A stretch of DNA of 52,103 nt. Source: an uncultured Oscillospiraceae bacterium. GTDB lineage: Bacteria > Bacillota > Clostridia > Oscillospirales > Oscillospiraceae. The stretch lies in the NCBI GenBank assembly GCA_964422185.1, contig CAYRAG010000003.1:1-52103 (forward strand). Direction: 5' to 3'. The notes under the pieces were generated by a model, which ran no database searches, was not told where the DNA came from, and saw nothing but the letters and a program-made list of their open reading frames with translations. The stretch's first letter is position 1; every line of letters begins with the position of its first letter. Shown one piece after another: positions 9,711 to 17,254 of this stretch. Both the position numbers and the translations under genes were made by a program.

Positions 9711-9752
9711 AAAAAGACCCCCGCGGGGTACCCCGCGGGGGTTCTTTAGTTT
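9711..9752. terminator. Palindromic GC hairpin terminator downstream of ftsK
   Basis: AAAAAG-ACCCCCGCGGGG-TA-CCCCGCGGGGGT-TCTTTAGTTTC. A diverged second copy lies at 11950-11990. Confidence 0.75.
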
Positions 9753-9812
9753 CAATATGCCCGGCCGATGTCTGTCCGGAACGGTTTATCCGGAAAGAAG
9801 ATGCAGTCCGCG
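9752..9812 (-). pseudogene. Remnant of a purD 3' end (last ~20 codons plus stop)
   Basis: The minus strand reads ADCIFFPDKPFRTDIGRAY*, against the authentic PurD C-terminus ADCISFTDKQFRTDIGRAF* at 11989-12049. It is part of a duplicated ftsK/purD junction. Confidence 0.7.
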
Positions 9813-9880
9813 TCTCCGGCAGGAGATCACGGTGGCCGACCGCGCTGCGTGAGCCGACAGGGGCTTCAGACCTGCCGGGG

Positions 9881-10990
9881 TCATTCGGGCCGGCCCACAA
9901 GCACCCCGCCGCGGTATTGATTCACAAACCAGCCGTCTCCCATCACTTTCCCGGTGATGAAATCAGGATTTTCTGATCCTGTGGAGGCGATGGCGGAACA
10001 GGTTTTGTTGTCCAGATCATAGACCATCAGCTGGCCTGAGTTCCGGTCGTTCACCACCACAAGAGAATTCCACAGGTTGAAAGAAAAGACATTCCTGCCA
10101 TCGGAGCTGTCGCCTAACTCCCATAAGGTGTTGTCAGCCAGCCGGCAGGCGTACAGGTTTTCCGGGGCGCTTCCGCTCCAGGCGAGATAACCTGACCCGC
10201 TGTACTGAAGCCGGGAAACCGGTTCGCCGGATTCGACGGGAATTTCTGTCCCGGCTGAGCCATCTCCCAGATCATAAACGACCAGGCGGGAAGACCCGTC
10301 CGCGCTTTCCAGAAATGCCGTCTTTCCATCCGCTGCATAGACTCGATCGGTAAGCACCGCGTCACTGACCAGGTGAACATCTCCCGTGCCGTCAGTGGGC
10401 CATGTATACAGGGAGGTGGCCTGATCCGTCATCTCCGTCCAGACCAGATTTGCCTGATCGCATTCCAAAAGTACGGTCACAGACTCCTCAATGACGCGCA
10501 CATCCTCCGGTGCGCCACCGGATAGATCCATATGTTGAATCCTTGTGACTCCGTCTGACTGCAGCACCCAGTAGAGACCGTCATCATTGGCGGTAAACTC
10601 ATTCACCCAGTGGGGGAATCCCTCTATGGTACAGAACTCCGTCACTTCCTCGCTGCTTAAGTCCATGCGGTACAGCCTGGAGAGCCGGACAAAATTCGAA
10701 TCGGTCTCCCCGAAAGCCCAGTAGTACAAAAATCCGTCCGCGGCCGCGCACCCCTCCAGGGTCATGCCCTCCGGCACCGAAATCCGGTATTCCGAGAGAG
10801 GAAGCCGTTCGGTCATGGTGTCGTCCCGCGTGAACTCCATGCGCTCCGCCCGGGCGGAGGAGAGGGATTCGGAGAGGTTTTCCTGCTGCGCTCCGGACGG
10901 TTCCGGAGAGGTGTCCGGAGGCGTCTGCGCGGCACAGCCTGCCAGCAGAATCGCCAGCAGCACCGCGGCGGTATAAAGTCGCTTTCTCAT
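9881..10990 (-). CDS. Hypothetical lipoprotein (repeat-rich, possibly beta-propeller-like)
   Basis: Signal peptide plus lipobox (MRKRLYTAAVLLAILLAGCAAQ). Recurrent aromatic/Gly strand-like segments (LYYWAF, LYWVLQSDG, GYLAWSG, LVVVNDRNSGQLMVYD). G+C is visibly lower than in the flanking genes. No family assigned. Confidence 0.75.
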   Translation of the reverse strand: MRKRLYTAAVLLAILLAGCAAQTPPDTSPEPSGAQQENLSESLSSARAERMEFTRDDTMTERLPLSEYRISVPEGMTLEGCAAADGFLYYWAFGETDSNFVRLSRLYRMDLSSEEVTEFCTIEGFPHWVNEFTANDDGLYWVLQSDGVTRIQHMDLSGGAPEDVRVIEESVTVLLECDQANLVWTEMTDQATSLYTWPTDGTGDVHLVSDAVLTDRVYAADGKTAFLESADGSSRLVVYDLGDGSAGTEIPVESGEPVSRLQYSGSGYLAWSGSAPENLYACRLADNTLWELGDSSDGRNVFSFNLWNSLVVVNDRNSGQLMVYDLDNKTCSAIASTGSENPDFITGKVMGDGWFVNQYRGGVLVGRPE

Positions 10991-11061
10991 GTAAATTCAT
11001 CCTTTCCTCATGTAAATTCATCCTTTCCTCATGTAAATTCATCCTTTCCTCATACAAATTC
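10982..11061 (-). repeat. 21-bp tandem repeat (3 full copies plus partial copies) covering the SD and ATG of the lipoprotein gene
   Basis: The minus strand reads ATGAGGAAAGGATGAATTTAC three times (11053-10991), directly followed by the real start ATGAGAAAGCGA at 10990. A partial GAATTTGT lies upstream. Confidence 0.95.
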
Positions 11062-11470
11062 TACGGCAAAAGCAAACCGCGTAGATGTAAGCGCCGCAGG
11101 TTCTACGCCCAACGGAAAAGTATGGGCAGAGCCGTCAGGAAGTCTGAGAACAAAGAGCGCAAGTGGATGACTGATTCGGATCATAGGGTAAGCAGACAGA
11201 TTGGAATCAACGCGATAAAGAATGGTGTAAAGGTGGAACGCCTTACGGGCATAAGACAATCCGCCACGCAAAAGAGCCCGAAAGGCAAAAGCCGTAAATA
11301 CAACAGGAACATCGACAGCCGGCCTTTTTCCCGGCGGCAGGATTTCAGCACCTGCAAAGCCGGGATGGCGGGTATCCGCGCAGAAACGGCAGACCCGGCC
11401 TGTACAAGCCAGACCTGCCCAATTTGCGGAAAAAGAAACAAGGCAAAGGATCGAACCTCTTCATCAAAGT
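11062..11470 (+). pseudogene. tnpB: IS200/IS605-type TnpB (OrfB) C-terminal remnant
   Basis: The frame reads ...HRVSRQIGINAIKNGVKVERLTGIRQ...RKYNRNIDSRPFSRRQDFSTCKAGMAGIRAETADPACTSQTCPICGK. This matches the TnpB RuvC-II / YKA..G / DP.YTSQ.CP.CG zinc-ribbon region. The N-terminal two thirds are missing and the distal RuvC-III part is degenerate. Low G+C. Confidence 0.65.
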
Positions 11471-11729
11471 TTAACACAACCGCTGGATATAAGCAAGTCC
11501 TATCGCGCATTTTATCAGCGCCCACTGAAAATCATGAAATAATTTCATTTTCTTTGTAAAAATTGGCATTATAAGTGATTATATGAAATTATAGTTGCAA
11601 ATTCTTAAAAATATTCCAGGATACGGGCGCCCGTCACAGCGGTTTCGCCGCAGGATTGCTGTCGCCTGCGGAACGGTCAAGGCAGAGGATACATCTGCGA
11701 ATCCGAAGACGGGATGCGGGCGCGGACGA

Positions 11730-11925
11730 GGGAACTCCCGGCTGCGCCGGAGCCGCCGGACGGGTGGATCAGAGGGAGGAGCAGGGTGGTGGCGGGCCCC
11801 TTTGAGGGTTCGCGCCAGATGCTGATCACAAAGGAGCGGCGGCGGGAGAGGAAATACCGCGGGAGCCTGAGCGGCGCCATTCTCCGCGGCGGGATGCCGG
11901 AGGCGGCTGTGCCGGGGGATCCGGC
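11730..11925 (+). pseudogene. Diverged remnant of an ftsK 3' end
   Basis: Reads ...VVAGPFEGSRQMLITKERRRERKYRGSLSGAILRGGMPEAAVPGDPA, against authentic FtsK GVVGPFEGSKPRQLLITKEQWQEMKYRQNLSGAIPRDGMPAAAPGDPA (9440-9590). Nucleotide alignment is obvious by eye. Confidence 0.75.
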
Positions 11926-11949
11926 CGTTCGGATCAGCGCAGGACAGGA

Positions 11950-11990
11950 AAAGACCCCCGCGGGGTTCTCCGCGGGGGCCCATTGGTTTC
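11950..11990. terminator. GC hairpin terminator downstream of purD (second copy of the ftsK/purD junction hairpin)
   Basis: AAAAGA-CCCCCGCGG-ggttctc-CCGCGGGGG, homologous to 9711-9752. Confidence 0.65.
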
Positions 11991-13254
11991 AAAATGCCCG
12001 GCCGATGTCCGTCCGGAACTGTTTATCCGTAAAGGAGATGCAGTCCGCGGCGCGGTAGGCGGTGTCGATCGCCTCGTCCAGGGTGGCTCCGGTGGCGGTG
12101 ACGCCCAGAACCCGGCCGCCGCTGGTGAGGTACCGCCCCTGATCGTCCAGACTGGTGCCCGCGTGGAAGACCGTGGCGATTTTCCCGGCCTCCTCCAGAC
12201 CGGAGATGGGGTAGCCCTTCCGGTAGCTGAGCGGGTACCCGCCGGAGGCCAGAACCACCACGCAGGCGGCGCCGGACTTCCAGCGGATGTCCGTCTGATC
12301 CAGCGTGCCGTCCACACACGCCTGGAGGATGTCCATCAGGTCGCTGTCAAGCATGGACAGTACCACCTGCGCCTCCGGGTCGCCGAAGCGGGCGTTGTAT
12401 TCCACTACTTTCGGGCCGTCCTGCGTGAGCATGAGCCCGAAGTAGATGACGCCTTTGAACGGCCGGCCCTCCGCTTTCATGGCGGCGATGGTGGGCAGGA
12501 AGATCTCGTCCATGCAGCGCTGCGCGATTTCCGGTGTGTACTGCGGGGGAGGGCAGATGGCGCCCATCCCTCCGGTATTGGGGCCCCGGTTGCCGTCCAG
12601 GGCGCGTTTGTGGTCCTGGCTGGGCAGCATGGGAATGACGGTCTCTCCGTCCGAGAACGCGAGTACGGTGATCTCCGGGCCGGTCATGCACTCCTCAATG
12701 ACTACGGTGGAGCCGGAGGCGCCGAATTTGCCGCCCTCCATCATGTCCCGGATCGCCTGCCTGGCCTCGTCCGCGGTGGCGGCTACCGTGACGCCCTTGC
12801 CCAGCGCCAGGCCGTCCGCTTTCACCACGATGGGCGCACCCTGACGATCCACATAGTCCAGCGCGGCCGCCATGTCCGTAAAGGTCTCGTAGCGGGCCGT
12901 GGGGATATGGTATTTCTTCATCAGATCCTTGGAGAACGCCTTGCTCGCCTCGAGGATCGCGGCATTCTTCCTGGGCCCGAACGCGGGGATGCCGGCGTTC
13001 TCCATGGCGTCCACCATCCCGAGGGCCAGGGGATCGTCCGGGGCGACCATGACGAAGTCTATCCCGTTGTCCGCGGCCCACTGAACCATGCCCTCCACAT
13101 CGGTGGCACCCACGGGGACACAGGTGGCAATCCTAGCAATGCCGGCGTTGCCGGGCGCGCAGTACAGCTGCGTCACTTTCGGGGACTGCGCCAGCTTCCA
13201 GCAGATGGCGTGTTCGCGGCCGCCGCCGCCTACGACTAAAACTTTCATCAGCAT
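11989..13254 (-). CDS. purD: Phosphoribosylamine--glycine ligase
   Basis: MKVLVVGGGGREHAICWKLAQSP... is an ATP-grasp GARS, 421 aa as tracked. The true start may be the second ATG (13248, MKVLVV). No adjacent SD (see findings). Confidence 0.95.
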   Translation of the reverse strand: MLMKVLVVGGGGREHAICWKLAQSPKVTQLYCAPGNAGIARIATCVPVGATDVEGMVQWAADNGIDFVMVAPDDPLALGMVDAMENAGIPAFGPRKNAAILEASKAFSKDLMKKYHIPTARYETFTDMAAALDYVDRQGAPIVVKADGLALGKGVTVAATADEARQAIRDMMEGGKFGASGSTVVIEECMTGPEITVLAFSDGETVIPMLPSQDHKRALDGNRGPNTGGMGAICPPPQYTPEIAQRCMDEIFLPTIAAMKAEGRPFKGVIYFGLMLTQDGPKVVEYNARFGDPEAQVVLSMLDSDLMDILQACVDGTLDQTDIRWKSGAACVVVLASGGYPLSYRKGYPISGLEEAGKIATVFHAGTSLDDQGRYLTSGGRVLGVTATGATLDEAIDTAYRAADCISFTDKQFRTDIGRAF

Positions 13255-13375
13255 GCGCGTGGGGACCCGCGGCCAGAGTCGCGGGAGGAAACGCGCAACG
13301 CCTCCTTTCCGATCACATGATTTTTCCGGCGCTTGCCGCAGTGCGACCCCGGCGGGCTCCGGCAGGGGGGTAGGG
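13255..13375 (-). promoter_or_regulatory. Structured SD-containing intercistronic element, copy 1 (upstream of purD)
   Basis: The core aligns to 31264-31320 at about 45 of 57 positions by eye. It contains GGAGG (13301-13305, minus sense) and nested complementary segments GCGCGU/ACGCGC and CCCGCG/CGCGGG. Confidence 0.5.
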
Positions 13376-13418
13376 CCTGCAGGCGCAGAGCCGCCTCCTC
13401 AAGCGGATGGCGGGGGAC

Positions 13419-14543
13419 TCACTCCGTGCGGTTCCGCGTTCCGCCAGCCTGTATCCGGTCAACCCAGCCCGGGGCGCCAGAGTGGGCCAGGGACGCGGGT
13501 TCTGCCTGGCCCGGCTCGCATCCCGGCGCGGGATCCGGCTGCGCGGCCGCGGAGGCGATGAGCTCCACGGTGATCCGCAGGGACTCCGGGGGCCGTACCG
13601 GCCATTGCGTTGTGATCCGGTTGCACAGCCGGTACTCCACCCCGATCCACCTGGATGTCCCTGGGGGCAGCTGGCACACGGTGAGATCCAGCCGCGTCTC
13701 CTCAGCGAACTTCTGCAGCTCGGATTTCCAGCGCGGACTGGCCATCCACAGGAGCCCGCCGCCGGCTACCGTGATCAGCAGGCGGTCTGTGCCGGGATAC
13801 CGCGTGGAGCCCATGTCGTTCCACCAGGAGCGGATGGCGCTGACCGCGAACACGGCGGCGTCCGGATGGACAGAATCGGGACTGCCCGCTTCCGCAAAGC
13901 CGGATTGCTCCGGGTCAGGGGAGGGGGGATCGCAGTCCGGGGCGCTGTCCTGCCCCGCGGGCTGGACGCGTTCGCAGTCCACACAGATGACCGGGCAGCC
14001 GCCGCGGAGAAACTGCGCGGAGAGGTCGTTGATGAGCCGGAACTGTCCGGCTCTGTCCGGGCAGGGCGAACCGGCCGGGCCCGTGCTCCGGGTTTGGGAA
14101 AGGCGGTACCCGAGCTTTTTCAACAGGGAGGCGACGGATCGTTCTCCCGCCTGAAACCCCTGCTGCCTGAGCTCACCGCAGAGTTTCCTCGTGCTTTTTG
14201 TCGTCCAGCGCAGCGGATGATCCGCGCAGGGATCGATCAGAGATTCCAGTGCCTCACCGATGCCGGGCTGCGCCGTCTCCAGCGGCTTGCGCCCGCCGCC
14301 CTCGCGCCGGATCGGCGTCCCGCTCTCCCCCGGGACACAGAGGTTTCTGCCCTCTCTCAGGTCTTTCCGTCCGGCGGTGATCGTCACCCGGGACACCCCG
14401 GCCGCGTCGCTGACCCAGGTGATGCCGCCTGCGCCGATGGCTTCGGCCTCCGCGGCCAGGTACATGCGCCGCTGCGCCTCGTTGAGCATGGGAAGCACCG
14501 CGTGGATCCTCGCGATGGCCGCCTCGTCGTTTATCCCGCGCAT
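13419..14543 (-). CDS. ISAzo13-family (DDE) transposase, apparently degenerate
   Basis: Family hallmarks are present: IRREGGGRKP, LRWTTKSTRKL, LLKKLGYRLSQ, CPDRAGQF, PVICVD, FAVSAIRSWW, LLITVAGGG, QLPPGTSRWIGVEYRL. Several conserved positions look substituted and the central region is shortened. It sits between purH and purD. Confidence 0.7.
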   Translation of the reverse strand: MRGINDEAAIARIHAVLPMLNEAQRRMYLAAEAEAIGAGGITWVSDAAGVSRVTITAGRKDLREGRNLCVPGESGTPIRREGGGRKPLETAQPGIGEALESLIDPCADHPLRWTTKSTRKLCGELRQQGFQAGERSVASLLKKLGYRLSQTRSTGPAGSPCPDRAGQFRLINDLSAQFLRGGCPVICVDCERVQPAGQDSAPDCDPPSPDPEQSGFAEAGSPDSVHPDAAVFAVSAIRSWWNDMGSTRYPGTDRLLITVAGGGLLWMASPRWKSELQKFAEETRLDLTVCQLPPGTSRWIGVEYRLCNRITTQWPVRPPESLRITVELIASAAAQPDPAPGCEPGQAEPASLAHSGAPGWVDRIQAGGTRNRTE

Positions 14544-14602
14544 CTCAGCCTCCGATGAGAACCCCGTTCCCTCTGCCGGTTATCCCGCGCAGGCGGATCC
14601 GG

Positions 14603-15778
14603 TTAATGGTGGAACAGGCGCATGCCCGTAAACGCCATGACCATGCCGTATTTGTCCGCCGTCTCAATGACATGGTCGTCCCGGATGGATCCGCCGGGCT
14701 GGGCGATGTACTGCACGCCGGATTTCCGCGCCCGCTCCACATTGTCCCCGAAGGGGAAGAACGCGTCCGAGCCGAGAGACACGCCGGACAGGGTTGCAAT
14801 CCATTCTTTTTTCTCCGCGGCGGTCAGCGGCTCCGGCCGGACCCGGAACGAGTTCTGCCACACGCCGTCCGCCAGGATATCCTCCTGCTCGTCGGAGAGG
14901 TAGACATCGATGGCGTTGTCCCGGTCGGCCCGGCGGATGTGGTCCACAAACTGCAGATCCAGCACTTTGGGGTGCTGGCGCAGCATCCAGTTGTCCGCCT
15001 TGTTGCCCGCCAGGCGGGTGCAGTGGATCCGGCTCTGCTGGCCGGCGCCCACGCCGATGGTCTGGCCGCCCTTCACATAGCAGACGGAGTTGGACTGGGT
15101 GTACTTCAGCGTGAGAAGCGCCAGCAGCAGGTCGTGTTTCGCCTCTTGCGGCAGCTCCCGGTTCTCCGTGACGATGTGGTCCAGAAGCGACTCGTTGATC
15201 TCAAAGCTGTTGTAGCCCTGCTGGAAAGTGATGCCGTAGATGTTCCTGCGTTCGATGGGCGCGGGCTCATACGCCGGGTCGATTTTGACCACATTGTAGC
15301 CGCCTTTTTTCTTCCCGCGGAGGATGGCCAGCGCCTCGTCCGTGTACCCCGGAGCGATGACGCCGTCCGAGACCTCCATGGCGAGAAAGCGCGCGGTGGG
15401 CTCGTCGCAGACCTCGGACAGCGCGGCCCAGTCGCCGTAGGAGCACAGCCGGTCCGCGCCTCTGGCCCTGATGTAGGCGCAGGCGATGGGGGAGGTGTCA
15501 AACCCGCCGGCGAAATCGATCTGCCGCTCCACCTCCGTCAGGGGGAGGCCCAGCGCGGCGCCGGCGGGGGAGACATGCTTGAACGAGGCGGCGGCGGGCA
15601 GGCCGGTGGCTTTCTTCAGCGCCTTGACCAGCTGCCACGAGTTCAGCGCGTCCATGAAGTTGATGTATCCCGGTCTGCCGTTGAGCACCTCCAGCGGCAG
15701 GTCGCTGCCGTCGTCCATGTAGATGGCCGCGGGTTTCTGGTTGGGATTGCAGCCGTATTTCAGTTCCAGTTCTTTCAT
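14603..15778 (-). CDS. purH: AICAR formyltransferase (PurH AICARFT domain only, no MGS-like IMPCH domain)
   Basis: MKELELKYGCNPNQKPA...FKHVSPAGAA...GGQTIGVGAGQQSRIHC...GVSLGSDAFFPFGDN match the AICARFT domain. At 391 aa it lacks the N-terminal cyclohydrolase domain. Confidence 0.9.
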   Translation of the reverse strand: MKELELKYGCNPNQKPAAIYMDDGSDLPLEVLNGRPGYINFMDALNSWQLVKALKKATGLPAAASFKHVSPAGAALGLPLTEVERQIDFAGGFDTSPIACAYIRARGADRLCSYGDWAALSEVCDEPTARFLAMEVSDGVIAPGYTDEALAILRGKKKGGYNVVKIDPAYEPAPIERRNIYGITFQQGYNSFEINESLLDHIVTENRELPQEAKHDLLLALLTLKYTQSNSVCYVKGGQTIGVGAGQQSRIHCTRLAGNKADNWMLRQHPKVLDLQFVDHIRRADRDNAIDVYLSDEQEDILADGVWQNSFRVRPEPLTAAEKKEWIATLSGVSLGSDAFFPFGDNVERARKSGVQYIAQPGGSIRDDHVIETADKYGMVMAFTGMRLFHH

Positions 15779-15841
15779 GGTATCACCCTTTCTCCGCTAT
15801 CTCCGTCCGGCAGGGGGGACGCGGTACCCCGCGCCGCTGCG

Positions 15842-16558
15842 TCACACGGGCCGGTGTTTGTTGACGATGACATCCTCCGCGGCGCCGGTGGCCAGATCCA
15901 GGTAGCGCACGAACAGGGACACTTTGTGATCCGCGTTCAGCGCCGCCCAGATCTCCTCAGACCAGCTCTTCGCGTCGGGGGCGGAAACGGCGACCCGGCG
16001 GGGCTCTCCCTCAAAAGACGGCAGGGGATTCCCGTCGGTCTCGTAGGTGTGGATGAAGTGGCCCGTCCCGGCCAAAGGCGCGTCGTACTCGTAGAAATAC
16101 CGGCAGCAGCAGGAGGGATCGCCGTCCAGGCTCTTGAGGATGGACAGGCAATAGGATCCGTCCGGCCTGAGCACGCCGGAGATGCGGGGGGTGTAGTTGG
16201 GCGCGTCCGGCTCAAATTCCCGCTGGAGCAGGGCGCGGCGGTAGCAGTCGCCGGCCAGGAGGGAGTCCCGGATGGTATCCGTCTGGTCGCCGTTGGTGAC
16301 GATGGCGGTGCCGTCCTCCATCACCCGCAGGGGGTGGTAGATGATCAGGGAGGGATCGGTCATTTTGCTCTCGTCGTACGCCCTGGTGCGGATGCCGTCC
16401 GGGGTGGTCTCACCCACCCGGTTGCGGCTGTTTTCGCTGCGGCCCATGATGAAATAGGCCAGCACCGCCTTCCCGCCGTCCGCGGATCTGCCCAGCACAA
16501 TGCCGCGGCCGGGATAGGGGTTCGAGCGCAGGATTTCGCTCAGATTCAGAAGATTCAT
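15842..16558 (-). CDS. purO: IMP cyclohydrolase, PurO-like (archaeal type)
   Basis: MNLLNLSEILRSNPYPGRGIVLGRS...YFIMGRSENSRNRV is typical of the IMP_cyclohyd family. The ATG at 16558 lies 8 nt after GAGGAG. The tracked GTG at 16567 abuts the SD. Confidence 0.8.
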   Translation of the reverse strand: MNLLNLSEILRSNPYPGRGIVLGRSADGGKAVLAYFIMGRSENSRNRVGETTPDGIRTRAYDESKMTDPSLIIYHPLRVMEDGTAIVTNGDQTDTIRDSLLAGDCYRRALLQREFEPDAPNYTPRISGVLRPDGSYCLSILKSLDGDPSCCCRYFYEYDAPLAGTGHFIHTYETDGNPLPSFEGEPRRVAVSAPDAKSWSEEIWAALNADHKVSLFVRYLDLATGAAEDVIVNKHRPV

Positions 16559-16586
16559 GAATGTCACTCCTCAAACGGTCAGAATA

Positions 16587-17216
16587 TCACGGGAGAATAT
16601 GAACCGTCCGGCCGTCCACCCGCAGCCGGTCCTGGCAGAACAGGGCCACCGCCCGGGGCAGCAGCTCCCACTCCGCCTGCTCCATGATCCGCCGCTGCAG
16701 GGTCTCCGGCGTGTCGTTCTCCTCCACCGCGACCGCTTTCTGCAGTACGATGGGGCCGCCGTCGCACTCCGCGCTGACGAAGTGGACCGTGGCGCCGGAG
16801 ACTTTCACCCCGTATTCCAGCGCTTTCTCGTGGACATGAAGACCGTAGAAGCCCTCGCCGCAGAATGACGGGATCAGGGCGGGGTGGATGTTGAGGATGG
16901 CGTTGGGCCAGGCCTCCACCAGCTCCTCAGTCAGGATGGTCATAAAGCCGGCCAGCACCACCAGATCGATCTTCAGCTCCCGCAGGCGGTCCCGGAGCGC
17001 CACCGTGTAGGCCCGGCTGTCCGGATAGTCTCTCCGGGCCATGACGCAGGCGGGAATCCCCGCACGCTCCGCCCGCTCCAGCGCGAAGACGCCGGGCCGG
17101 GAGGCGATGACGGCGGAGATCTCCCCGCCGGGAATCTCCCCCGCGTGCCAGGCGTCAATGAGCGCCTGCAGATTCGTTCCGCCGCCGCTGACGAGGACGG
17201 CAATCCGCTTGTCCAT
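16587..17216 (-). CDS. purN: Phosphoribosylglycinamide formyltransferase
   Basis: MDKRIAVLVSGGGTNLQALID...ILNIHPALIPSFCG...TVHFV are GART motifs. The ATG at 17216 lies 7 nt after GGAGG. Confidence 0.93.
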   Translation of the reverse strand: MDKRIAVLVSGGGTNLQALIDAWHAGEIPGGEISAVIASRPGVFALERAERAGIPACVMARRDYPDSRAYTVALRDRLRELKIDLVVLAGFMTILTEELVEAWPNAILNIHPALIPSFCGEGFYGLHVHEKALEYGVKVSGATVHFVSAECDGGPIVLQKAVAVEENDTPETLQRRIMEQAEWELLPRAVALFCQDRLRVDGRTVHILP

Positions 17217-17254
17217 GGAAAAAACCTCCATTCCGCCGCCCGCGGCGGTTGCGG

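Noticed and set aside
10599-11057. 152-aa ORF (MYEERMNLHEERMNLHEERMNLHEK...) reading through the tandem repeat in another frame.
   Set aside because: It overlaps the lipoprotein gene out of frame. That gene has a canonical signal peptide, lipobox and correctly spaced SD. The alternative product is Arg/Gly/Ala-rich shadow sequence after the repeat.
10982-11061. CRISPR-like array.
   Set aside because: The 21-bp units are directly tandem with no spacers, and there are only three copies. They overlap a translation start.
9427-12049. Diversity-generating retroelement (TR/VR pair) as an explanation for the diverged direct repeats.
   Set aside because: Differences are not confined to adenine positions and include indels. 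No reverse transcriptase gene is nearby, and the repeats span a gene end, a terminator and the neighbouring gene end.
13255-13312. 16-codon upstream ORF (TTG...TGA) whose stop overlaps the purD ATG (TGATG), as a translational-coupling leader peptide.
   Set aside because: The TTG lies only 2 nt after GGAGG, too close for initiation. The homologous PTS copy has a different reading-frame relationship, so conservation is at RNA/DNA level.
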